DNA of 64,000 nucleotides from Saprolegnia diclina VS20 (taxonomy: Eukaryota). The notes under the pieces were generated by a model. It was not told the DNA's origin. It did no database searches and saw only the letters and a list, made by a program, of their open reading frames with translations. Made by a program: the position numbers and the translations under genes. Shown piece after piece: positions 24,725-34,916 of this stretch. Position 1 is the stretch's first letter. Every line of letters begins with the position of its first letter. The stretch covers positions 284,557-348,556 of the forward strand of contig NW_008246104.1 of NCBI RefSeq assembly GCF_000281045.1, in the 5' to 3' direction.

Positions 24725-25570
24725 TTAAAGCAACACGACGTGGCGTCGAGGCGTGAGCGTATACCCTTCGGCTTGGGTCTCAACCGCGGTGTCCGCCACC
24801 GGTTGCTTTTGCCCGTGGACGACGCGGACGCCAATCGCAATGGCCACCAGCGCTACGGCGCCAATGCAAATCCCGATGACCGCCGATGCACCAAGACCGC
24901 TGCTGGACGCCGTGTCGGTGCGAGGCGTCTCGGCCGACTGGTTGGCCGAAGTCGGAGCCGTCGTTGGCTGCACGGGAATGACGATCGACGACGGTTCGGG
25001 CGTCACAGTGATTGGCTCGGTCAGCGGAGGCGCCGAACTGCGGTTGCTGCTGGGCGAGAACGTCGTTGCATTTGGCGAGAGCGACGTGGCGCTTGGTGTC
25101 GACGAGCTTGGCGGCAGCGTGGAGATCGATGGCGTCATGCTTGGGCTCACCGTGGAGGGTGGCGTCGTGCCGGGGACGGACGTTGTTGGGCGGTGCATGG
25201 AGCCGTCGGCGTTGAGGGAGATGGCACCCGGGTACCCGTCGGTCGCACAGCGCATGACCATGACGAGCTCATTGTCAGGAAACACGCTGCAGTAGGAACC
25301 CACCGGGCACGATCCAACCGCCGTGCCTACGAGCGCCATGAGTCATTTCGTCGAAGGACATATAGGCTCGCACCGGCGGCGGCGTAGATGCCAGAGCACG
25401 GCGTGGACGCGACGCACTGGACGTCGGCGAGGCCCAAGACGCTCACGGGCTGCATGTTGGCGGGGCATTCTACGCACGCGCAGCATGAGTATGCGAGAAG
25501 GATCAGGCGGGCACGCACGGGCCGCGTCGGTGGCGGCGATGGCGACGACGAGGGCGCGCCAGAGCTGCAT
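24725..25570 (-). CDS. Secreted-type Cys-rich surface protein with Ser/Thr/Pro stalk and C-terminal TM
   Basis: Signal peptide MQLWRALVVAIAA; Cys module CP....VSV.G....CV....CSG...CPVGSYC; mucin-like stalk; TM AVIGICIGAVALVAIAIGV; short tail containing YTLTP. Confidence 0.65.
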
Positions 25571-26275
25571 GATGGCTGTGTCGAGAACGGCTGTACTCTA
25601 GTGTATGTATGGCGGAGCTTGCCAGCCCATGGTTGCCGAACGACCGGAATTGGAACTCGCAGCTGGCGACGCGAGCTCGCCGGACTGGATCTTGAACAGA
25701 CGCCGCGCCTTTGGGATTGGCGATCCGGACGACAATTATCAAAAGGGTCTCTCAATCACTCATAGCCAATCAGCGACGAGTTGGACAAAACCTAAGTGTC
25801 GTCAGCCTAGCGATCTACAGTGTACGACCGCCATGCGCCATTTCTTGGTGGAATTGGACTTGGCGCTCAACGCACAACACTTGGCTACCAGTGCCGAGAC
25901 AGGCGTGCGTGATGTCTATGGGAAGGCGACAAGGACGGTGCGGGCGAGATGAAGATTCATGTATTCTCTCGTCGCTCGGCGGCGGACTTGGGTGCATCGC
26001 ACGGAAGCGCATGTTGAAGCCGGGACCCACTTGAGATGCCCCAACTTGTTTGTAACGTTAGGGACGGACCAGGGAAACCTGCGCCTCGAAGCTTCAATGC
26101 CGAGCGCAACGCGTGGCAGCCACCATGAACAGGCATGAACTCGCTCGAAGAATAGTTTGGTGGTGCTTATTAACATATTAGAATTGATGATACGGCTACG
26201 TAATTATATGTCCAGGAGACGGACGTCTAGAGTTGGTGAGAGAGTTTGGTTGTTGATGACATGCAAGACGTGTAG

Positions 26276-27124
26276 CTAGTCCATGAGCGCGACGTGGCAT
26301 AACAGGTTCAAGTGACTGTCGGACTGCGGAGGTTGTTGTTGCTGCTGCTGATGCTGGTGGTGGTGATGCTGCTGCTGCGGGTGTGGCTGCTGCTGGTGCA
26401 TAGGATGATGTTGGTGTTGGTGGAGCGCCTGGGGCTGCTGGGGGTGGTAGGGTGTATACTCGAAGGCACGAGTGTCGTGGTGGTGCTGGTGGTAGTGGTG
26501 GTGCGACATTGGCGGAAACTGCGGCGCGTGGTCGTAGACGCCGAAACGCGACGGCGGGCGGAGCGCCGAGACGGGTGGCGACGAGTACTGTGTCCGGGGG
26601 TCTTCGTGAATAAATAGAGCGGGCATCGTCGACTGGCGCGGCATCACAGGCACGCAGTGCGCGTTCGAGCTCGGCGACATCGTCATCGGCTCGTCTTGGC
26701 ACGACGACGCCGGCGACGACTCGACGCTCGGCGTCGGCTTCTTCTTGTTGGAGCGGCGGTGGAGCGTGCCGGCTTGCTTCCGGCGCTCGTAGTACTCTTT
26801 CATTTTCGCGAGCGCCTTCTCGCGGTTCTTCTCGTACCACTCCTTCTTGTACTCGCGGCGAAATTCCTTGTTGGACTGCTCGTCGGCTTTCGTGCGCGTC
26901 TTGGTCTTCTTGGTCGCGGCCTTGGCGGCCGTCGTGGGTGCAAACCGGCGCGTGTGTACGAATTCATCGCCGGAGCTCGAGTCTTCGGTCGTGCCGGTGG
27001 AGATAACAGAGGACGACGGCGACGGCGTCGACCAGGACGGGTACGGGGCATCGATGTCGAGGTGCACGGGCGCCTTGCGGGGGGCGGCGCGGCCAGAGTC
27101 GCCAAGGATGTCCGAGAGCATCAT
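26276..27124 (-). CDS. Putative nuclear regulator: basic EWY helical repeat plus His/Gln-rich region
   Basis: Intronless 282-aa ORF; RREYKKEWYEKNREKALAKMKEYYERRK; polyQ/H tract; C-terminal HLNLLCHVALMD. Confidence 0.7.
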   Translation of the reverse strand: MMLSDILGDSGRAAPRKAPVHLDIDAPYPSWSTPSPSSSVISTGTTEDSSSGDEFVHTRRFAPTTAAKAATKKTKTRTKADEQSNKEFRREYKKEWYEKNREKALAKMKEYYERRKQAGTLHRRSNKKKPTPSVESSPASSCQDEPMTMSPSSNAHCVPVMPRQSTMPALFIHEDPRTQYSSPPVSALRPPSRFGVYDHAPQFPPMSHHHYHQHHHDTRAFEYTPYHPQQPQALHQHQHHPMHQQQPHPQQQHHHHQHQQQQQQPPQSDSHLNLLCHVALMD

Positions 27125-27814
27125 AGTCGTTCCAAGAGTGACAATGTTGCTCGGCGCTCATTTTTTTTGCGGGCGGCGTTACAGCAAGCGCCCTTTCTCG
27201 GCGTTTCATTGGCCCAAAAGCCCGGCCTCTGCGCTGTGATTGGCCCGTACGCAAGTAATGTCTTGTTTTCTTGAATCAATGACACGCAAGGCCCAATCAC
27301 ACGCCGCGGTTCAGGTTGCCCTTTCGTATCCGGACCGAATCCGGATCGAAGCGTGTTTGTGACCGCACGTGTAATGGGGTGTTGAGGCGTGAGTGATACA
27401 TTACGGGAGACCCTGGCGAATGCGAATTTCTTGCCACGTCGTAAGAAGACCGTGACAATGAACACCGCGGCGCTGTACCAAGATGCACCCGAGAGCTAGC
27501 GTCGCCACCATTCATGGCGCCGCGGCTACTGCGCGGCTTCTATGGAAGAACCAGCAGAGTTCGTGGCCAGAGTAGCAGTATCGAGCAGGTGCCGAGAAGC
27601 AGCAAGGCTGGCGCACGGCGTGGTCAGTAGAAGAGCCGTATATCTTCCAAGGGTAAAGTCGCGGTGGCGTCGGTAGCGCCGCCGCTGATATTCCAAGCAT
27701 TTCAGTGTGCGCACTGGCAATCGCCGTGTTAGGCTTGTGTTATGGATGCCCGCAGTCGCATACGATCAATGAGAAGCCCAAAGTTTTCGCGCAAGGATGG
27801 CGTGCACGATCTTT

Positions 27815-29596
27815 TTATGCTGACGTGGTAGTCGCCGGTCCGGACGCACTTGGCGCGCACGCGTCACACACAAAGACGTAAACGCCGGCACGCGACGTCT
27901 TTTGGCGCTTGGAGCGAACGCACCCTGCGTGGAACTGCTGCTTGCACTGCTGGCAACGCACCATAAAACCAAACGGTTCATCGTGGCACGTTGGGCACTC
28001 GTCGGGCACGCGCGCGGCTGCGGTTTGGGTTGCGACGGGAAACTCTGCGACGGTGCTGGTTGCAGTCAACGCTGGCGACAGCGCCCCACTGGAAGCAAGA
28101 GATGCTGAAACACATGGGGCGATGGCTGATGGGGCTTGGGTCCGCTGGGTGGCTTCGTCCGCAGGTTGCTGCTGCTGTGTCACGCGCTTTTCCATCTCGT
28201 CCTTGGCGTGAAGCGCCGCCTCGAGCTCGGCCACGTGTTTCGCCTTCTCGCGAAGCGCGTTCTCCGCATCCATGATCTTGGCCTGCATCTCTTCGATTTC
28301 GACGAGCTTCGCGTGTTCACCCGTGATCGACGCCATCGAGAGCTCCTCGACTTGCTTCAACAGAGCCCCGCGCTCGGCGTCGTACTCTGCGCAAATCAGT
28401 GCAATGGAGCTCTGAAGCGAGTCCATGGCTTGGGTGCCGCTCAAGCTCGACGCTTCGTACTTGGCGACGAGCTGGGCCTGCGCGCCAAGCTGCACGCGCT
28501 ATGAACATAAACGTGACCTATTTGCTCGAAACTCTATGGTGCGTGGCTACCAGCTCGAGAAGCTGTGTCTGCGCTGTCGCGGTCTCATCCGCCGCCTTCG
28601 CAAGCGCTTCTTCCAGTCGGCTCACTGTGGTCTCGTACTCGATGTTCTGGCTTTGAAGCCGGCCGACTTGGTCGCAGAGACCATCCACCATCTCTTGCCG
28701 GGCGCTTGGCGGCGTCGCATCGGTCGCGGCCTTGTTTTTCTGCGCGAGCAGCATGGCTTCGCATGTCCCTTGGCTCTGAGCAAGGTATACAAGGTCAACA
28801 GCAATTCTTGATGTCGAGGGACCTCTTCCAGAGATTGGACTTCCTTGGACACTACACATCGGTTTTTCACGAAGCTCTTTCACGGAGGTAGCTTACGTTG
28901 GTTCACGGCCTTTGTCAAGTCCGATGTGTACGTGTCCAAATACCTGGATGTCATGCGCACTTGCTCCTGCAGAGTCATTCACCATATCAACGACGAGGAC
29001 GAGTAGTATCATGGTACAAGTTGCTCCAAGGCTGTTGTTTCTTGGTGCGAGAAGCCTTGCACGGCCGCCTCATGCTTCGTTGCGGAGTCTTCTGTCATGG
29101 TCGTGGACGCTTCCTAGGCAAGGCAGTAGCACCGTACCCGATCATATAGCCGGCATGGCACCCGTTCCGCGAATATCTTAGCTACGTAGGCTTCTCGTTC
29201 TTGCAGGGTTTGCTGGAGCGCTTCGACTTGGTCACTCGCCGCATGCTACGCCCATTACAAGTCATTGTCAACTTGGGCTTAAGGTCCATCGTACCCATTC
29301 ACGATGGAGCTCGGTGTATCGCCGGTCCTTCCCCACCATCTCTTCTTGCATGTCCTCCAGCGCGCGCGCCATGTTTGCCTTCTCCATGGCCCATTCTTCC
29401 TTGCGCTGGGTCATCTCGTCGCGGAGCGCTTGCATGCCCCGGGCTGCTTCGTCCAGCGCTGTCTCCTTGGCTGCTAGGCGGTCGCATCTACCTCGGTAAC
29501 TTAGGTCTCATGGTCATCTTCCTCCTGCTCGTACATGGCGCCGATGACATCGCGGGCCCGCGCATGCTGCTTGTGGAGCGTCCCGAGCTCGGCCAT
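27815..29596 (-). CDS. Coiled-coil protein with C-terminal PHD-type zinc finger, multi-exon; start approximate
   Basis: Heptad-rich exons; CPTC...MVRCQQCKQQFHAGCV...FVCDAC (C4HC3). Confidence 0.65.
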
Positions 29597-29740
29597 CGCG
29601 CGCGAATTGAAAAGTGGATCTTTGTTCGGATACGCCTATCCGGATTCTAAATTCTCCACCAATCCGCGTCGTTTGCGCATTTGGAGTCTATTTTTAGCTG
29701 GCGTCCTGGCCGTGCTGAAAAAGGCAAGTTTGCGATTAGC

Positions 29741-30886
29741 ATGTCCAACAGCCCTGCCAAGGCCGACGCCAAGAGCCCGCGGTCGCCGTCCAAGTCGCCC
29801 AACAAGGGCGTCGGCGCTGCGCCGCTGCACACGGCCTACGATGACATCAAATCGTCCTGCGGCGAGCAAGTCGACTCGCGGAAGCGCACGGCGCCAACCA
29901 CGTGCTTTGGCAGCAGCAGCCGCGGCCAAGGCTCCGACGGCTCCAAGTCCCCTGTCAGAAGCCAGCTCTAGCCCATCGCGCCTCACGTGTATGGCCTGTA
30001 GGGACCTGGCGCGTATCAAGTGCCAACGTCCCTCGGCAAGCCCGTGCTCTCGACGATGCGCACGGCGCCAGCATGCTCGGTCGCTGGCCGGGAAAAGTTT
30101 GGCTCTGTCTCCGACCTCAAGTTGGCGGCCAGCTGCCCTGGCCCTGGTATGTTGACGAGTATGTTAATGCAGCGCTGATGCTACATGGTGCTGCGTAGGC
30201 GACTACTCGAGCCAAGTGGTTAATCTGAAGGAGGCCAACGCACCCCACTACTCGCTCGGCAAAAAGTGGACTACGCCGGCTGAGCCCACCAAGAAGTCAC
30301 CAGGCCCAGGTACTAGAAGGACGACATATATAGGTTGCATCACGCTTGTATGCAGGTGCATATGACACACCCGAGAGCATTAGCACCAAAGCCGTACGTC
30401 GTTTCTTACGTGGCGTCGGCAAGAACATACTGGGGTGTAGGTACGCTCAACGAACCGCTCGGCGCCCGCGCCATCGTTTTCGAAAGTCAACCGAAAGCCG
30501 CTCACCGAGTCGTCCACTGCCGACGTGGGCCCTGGTTCGTACTGACTGGTAGCGCGCCAGAATCCTAGTTTTTACTTAGGTCAGTACAACACGGGCAACG
30601 TCGCCGTTGGTCGCCAAGTAGTGTCGACAGTAAACAACTCGGGTATGGGCTTGCTTGTTCCGTGAGCCGTGGACGGACGCGTCGATCTCTTGGTGTAGCG
30701 GCCTACTCGTTCTCGATCGTCGGTCGCTCCAAGGCGCCCGTCGGTGCCCGCAGCAGCCACGAAATGAGTCCCGCCCCCAACGCCTACAAGCAGCAAGCTG
30801 CGGTGGGCACGCAAGTCCTCTCCAACTTTAAGACGGCGCCCAAGTGCACCATGTCGGGCCGGACCAAGTTTGGGAGTCATTTTTAA
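29741..30886 (+). CDS. SHIPPO-1/ODF3/STPG (PGP-repeat) axonemal protein, multi-exon
   Basis: Repeated GPGAY, CPGPGDY, SPGPGAY, PGPGQY and SPAPNAY units, each followed by AP.(Y/C)S motifs. Confidence 0.75.
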
Positions 30887-30923
30887 CATGTATTCGCATG
30901 GTTGCCTCTGCTTCTTCTTCTAC

Positions 30924-31397
30924 CTACGCGTCTTCGTCGTCGTCGTTCGCATCATCCTGGTGCTGCTGGCGCCACTGCTTCATCATCTCGTACTCGTTGT
31001 AATGCTGCTTGCGCTTCTTGGAAAAGTCCTTCTTCTTGGGCGACCCCGTGTCAGAGTCCGAGTCCCACTCGCTTCGCTTCTCCTGCACCTTAAGCTTCGT
31101 CTCGAGCTCGTCCCACTTGAGCTCCGAGCCGTTCGAGGCGCTGCGCGCGGGCGAGATGGGCGCCAACGAAGCCGGCTTGGAGGGCTCTGCGTGCGCGGGG
31201 TGCGCATTGTGCAGCTCAAGCGTGACGTCGGTCATGGCGACGGGGATCGCGCTGCCGTGGTCTTCCTCGGCCTCGTAGTAGTGGTACGGGGTGTTGGGCT
31301 CGTTGATCTTCATGCGTGTCCCGCGGTCCAGATCATGGAGCGCGATCGTCTCCTCGTCCCACTGGATCCGCGGCTTGGCCTTTAGCGCGTCGGTCAT
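30924..31397 (-). CDS. Protein phosphatase 1 inhibitor-2 (IPP-2/Glc8) family
   Basis: RIQWDEETI, MKINEPNTPY, F.KKRKQHYNE. Confidence 0.9.
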   Translation of the reverse strand: MTDALKAKPRIQWDEETIALHDLDRGTRMKINEPNTPYHYYEAEEDHGSAIPVAMTDVTLELHNAHPAHAEPSKPASLAPISPARSASNGSELKWDELETKLKVQEKRSEWDSDSDTGSPKKKDFSKKRKQHYNEYEMMKQWRQQHQDDANDDDEDA

Positions 31398-31662
31398 GGT
31401 GCGATGAACAGAATAAGAACAAGCACCGCGCATCCGGTTAATGCGTATACGGATGCTCCCGTTGAAATCCTCCCACGCGGCGGGTTTTTGGCGCTGATCT
31501 ACAGCATCCGCGGGCCTCTGCTCTACCGGTATGATGCTATTCCGCCAGGGAACCTAAGCTTACCTTCAAAGTAAGCGGCGGTCTCCTTCTCGGCACGCGT
31601 ACCTGCAGCAGCTACCGGTCCCCGTATTGCACCGGTACGCTCGACCAAATGTGCATCCTTGC

Positions 31663-31912
31663 NNNNNNNNNNNNNNNNNNNNNNNNNNNNNNNNNNNNNN
31701 NNNNNNNNNNNNNNNNNNNNNNNNNNNNNNNNNNNNNNNNNNNNNNNNNNNNNNNNNNNNNNNNNNNNNNNNNNNNNNNNNNNNNNNNNNNNNNNNNNNN
31801 NNNNNNNNNNNNNNNNNNNNNNNNNNNNNNNNNNNNNNNNNNNNNNNNNNNNNNNNNNNNNNNNNNNNNNNNNNNNNNNNNNNNNNNNNNNNNNNNNNNN
31901 NNNNNNNNNNNN
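31663..31912. other. Assembly gap (250 N)
   Basis: Run of N. Confidence 1.
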
Positions 31913-32248
31913 ACAGGTCAGAGCCATCTTGGCGCTTGGTGCTCATGAAATGAGACGTCGCGGGATCGTGTGTCGGTTCCTTTGCGATACTTCAACACTG
32001 CCCACTTGTGTGCCGATGAAAGAATTTTCGACGCTGGTGATTATGTCATGCTTAGGATCGCGTACAGCGAAAGCATTCGGCTGCTCGTGGCGTCTGCACA
32101 GAGTTGTCATGAACGTGACCGAAGACTTTGTTTTCCATTGTCCGGATGCGCTATCCGATCTTAGTGTCCGGTTACCACAACCGAAATCGGCTGTGATCAG
32201 CAAATGTTTGACGAGGCAGGTATGGTTCATTCTTCGATTCGATCCATC

Positions 32249-33244
32249 ATGGCGACCATGCAAGCTGTCCTTATCTCGACGCCCGGCGACGCGACTGTCC
32301 TCAACGTGGGGCCGACTACGAAGCCGACACCTGCGAGCGGCGAGGTCCTCATCAAGGTCCACGCTGCCGGCCTCAACCGCCTCGACATCCTCCAACGCCA
32401 GGGCAAGTACCCGCCGCCGCCGGGCGCCTCCGAGATCCTTGGCCTTGACATTGCCGGCGAAATCGTCGCGGCGGGGCCTGCCACGGACCTCAAGGGCTTT
32501 CAGATTGGGGACCGTGTGTGCGCGCTCTTGTCGGGCGGTGGCTACGCCGAGTATGCAACCGCCGCCGTCGACGTGCTCCTGCCCGTGCCCAAGGGCTTCT
32601 CGATGGTCGAGGCCGCGTCGCTGCCCGAGACATTCTTCACGGTCTGGAGCAACGTGTTTCAGCGCGGGCGATTGAGTGCTGGCGAGACGCTCCTCGTGCA
32701 AGGCGGCAGCTCTGGTATCGGTGTCACTGCGATTCAAATCGCGAAGGAGCTCGGGCACACGGTGTGGGTCACGGCCGGCAGCGACGAAAAGTGCCGCGCC
32801 TGCGAGGCCCTCGGCGCCGACCGCGCCATCAACTACCGCACGGAGGACTTTGCGGCGGTTGTCAAGGAGATTTCCGGTGGGCGTGGCGTCGACGTCATTC
32901 TCGACATGGTGGCCGGCGACTACGTGCCGCGCGAGATGAACTGCCTCGCGGACGACGGCCGCATCGTCATCATTGCGCTGCAGCGGGGGGCGTCGGCGCC
33001 CATTGATCTCTCCCAGTTCCTCCGTCGTCGACTCACCGTCACGGGCTCGGGTCTCCGGTCGCGGAACGTGGCGTTCAAAGCGCAGATCGCGAAAGAGCTG
33101 CTGGCCACGGTCTGGCCGCTCCTCGAGTCGCGCCAGATCAAGCCCATCATCTACAAGACGTTTCCGCTCGCGGAGGCCACGGCGGCGCACCAGCTCATGG
33201 AGTCGAGCGACCACGTGGGCAAGATCATGCTTCAAATTGTCTAA
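32249..33244 (+). CDS. NAD(P)H:quinone oxidoreductase, PIG3/zeta-crystallin MDR family (intronless)
   Basis: EVLIKVHAAGLNR.DILQRQG.YPPPPGASEILGL, GGGYAEY, LPETFFTVWSNVF, GGSSGIG, GVDVILDMV, AHQLMESS.H.GKI. Confidence 0.92.
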   Translation: MATMQAVLISTPGDATVLNVGPTTKPTPASGEVLIKVHAAGLNRLDILQRQGKYPPPPGASEILGLDIAGEIVAAGPATDLKGFQIGDRVCALLSGGGYAEYATAAVDVLLPVPKGFSMVEAASLPETFFTVWSNVFQRGRLSAGETLLVQGGSSGIGVTAIQIAKELGHTVWVTAGSDEKCRACEALGADRAINYRTEDFAAVVKEISGGRGVDVILDMVAGDYVPREMNCLADDGRIVIIALQRGASAPIDLSQFLRRRLTVTGSGLRSRNVAFKAQIAKELLATVWPLLESRQIKPIIYKTFPLAEATAAHQLMESSDHVGKIMLQIV

Positions 33245-33929
33245 ACTTCGCATTTTACATCCTACATCATATACGTGGTTCGCGTTATCTTCGTTCTTCC
33301 ACAACTTTGCAAATGTAGAGACTAGCAATCACCTTCTTCGTTCGCTTGCGTAGGCACGTCTTGCTCTTCGTCGTCGCGGCTTGGCTAGACTGACACAGGC
33401 AATTGACGACGGGGTCGACTGCCTGCGAAGATGGATGGATGCGACGCCGCTGACTCTGAAACAAAGTCACCCGAACCCACCAACACACAAGTTTTGCCGA
33501 CCGCAAGAAATGGACTTAAGCAACACAGGTCGTGCGCAAAAGAGTTACTCATTCGACTAGACTAGTATGTTCTGGATGGTTATTAGGATGTCAGCCAACG
33601 CGCTTTGCGTCAACTTGGATGGACGTTGACGTAACGCGGGCTAGGGTCTGGACGCCTCGATCACGCATGCATCTCGGTGGGTTGCGGTGCGTGTCTTGCA
33701 GCGTGGACAGGACCTGCCCCGCACTGGCGCAAAGAGCGTATCTACAACGCGCGTTTGAATAGTTTCGTGGCATCCGACCCGCACAAGCGACTTTGCCCTT
33801 TGACAAATGAGGATTCGCTACAGAGGGAAGCAAAAACTTGGATATTAGATATATTGGTCGACGGATTTCTTTGGGGACAGCGCCGTCTGCGCATGTGTCT
33901 TCTTCTAAGCGATCTTCTTCTCGATGTCT

Positions 33930-34916
33930 CTACTTGAGGTCCGAGACATACGAAAGGTCGAGCATGATGGGCTCTTTCGGCGGCGGGTCGCGCGCCATCG
34001 TGCTCATGACGGTCGACGCGTTCGAGGCCGACGGCGATGGCCGCAGCACGTTGCCGTTGGGCGTGTTGGGCACAAAGAAGGCGCCCGACTTGAGGTTCAG
34101 CGGCGTGTTGCCCGGATCCGAGCTCGTCGTACTCATCGACATCTTGTGCTGCTCTTCGTTGGCGCGGATCGTGCGGAAGACCTGCGTGCGGCGCTCGGTT
34201 TGGATCGTCATCATCATGTTGCGCGCGGCTTGGAAGTGGCGACCGACAGACGACGACCCGATCCACTTGGAGGTCTTGCCGCGGGCCTGGATGTCGTAGA
34301 CCATGAAACAGTCGAGCGTCTCGACGCCGTGCTGGGCCTCCATCACCACGAGCCCCGAGTTGACCACGCTGCAGCGAAGGTACCCGTTGGACTCGCTAAA
34401 GTCGGGGCACATCGGGTGTTCGATCGAGTGCACGCAGCGGGCCCAACCCGTTCGGCCATTGTCGTCCTGGAAGAGCGTGCAGAATTCGAGGAGGCAGAGG
34501 TCTCGGCAGCGCGTAAACGAGCCAAAGAGCGACGGCTGATCAAGCGCTTTCCAGCGAAGGCCTAGGAACTTGTGCGGGTTCTTCCGGCTCGGCGGGTGGA
34601 TCTCGAGCACGAGCTCTGTGTCGGCGCAGCACTGCGTGCGCTTGAACTTGGCAGTATCGCTCCGGTCCGAAATGTAGTAGTTCATGACCTCTTGGATCGT
34701 GCCCTTCATCTGCTGGTGCTCCATCTCAAAGACAGACCCGTTCTTCTCCTTCTCAGATTTGAGCGTATTTTGGCCGCGGGAGAGGCTCAGGACCTTGGCC
34801 GTCGCAATGAGCTGCACGAGGGCCTCTTGGGCAATCGCCATGAGGCGGTCGTACTCTTCCGGGCCGACCGTGTACGGCGGCGCGAAGTCGGGGCGCGACG
34901 TCTTCTTCGGACCCAT
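33930..34916 (-). CDS. START-like lipid-binding domain protein (oomycete expanded family, no FYVE finger)
   Basis: NPHKFLGLRWKA...RDLCLLEFC..F.D..GR.GWARCVHSIEH.MCP...GY.R...NSG.V; paralogous to 37224-38608. Confidence 0.7.
   Translation of the reverse strand: MGPKKTSRPDFAPPYTVGPEEYDRLMAIAQEALVQLIATAKVLSLSRGQNTLKSEKEKNGSVFEMEHQQMKGTIQEVMNYYISDRSDTAKFKRTQCCADTELVLEIHPPSRKNPHKFLGLRWKALDQPSLFGSFTRCRDLCLLEFCTLFQDDNGRTGWARCVHSIEHPMCPDFSESNGYLRCSVVNSGLVVMEAQHGVETLDCFMVYDIQARGKTSKWIGSSSVGRHFQAARNMMMTIQTERRTQVFRTIRANEEQHKMSMSTTSSDPGNTPLNLKSGAFFVPNTPNGNVLRPSPSASNASTVMSTMARDPPPKEPIMLDLSYVSDLK

Noticed and set aside
31943..33328. 461-aa minus-strand ORF, and similar long antisense ORFs (e.g. 54894-56087, 18094-19098)
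   Set aside because: Shadow frames opposite well-supported GC3-rich genes; no recognisable motifs.
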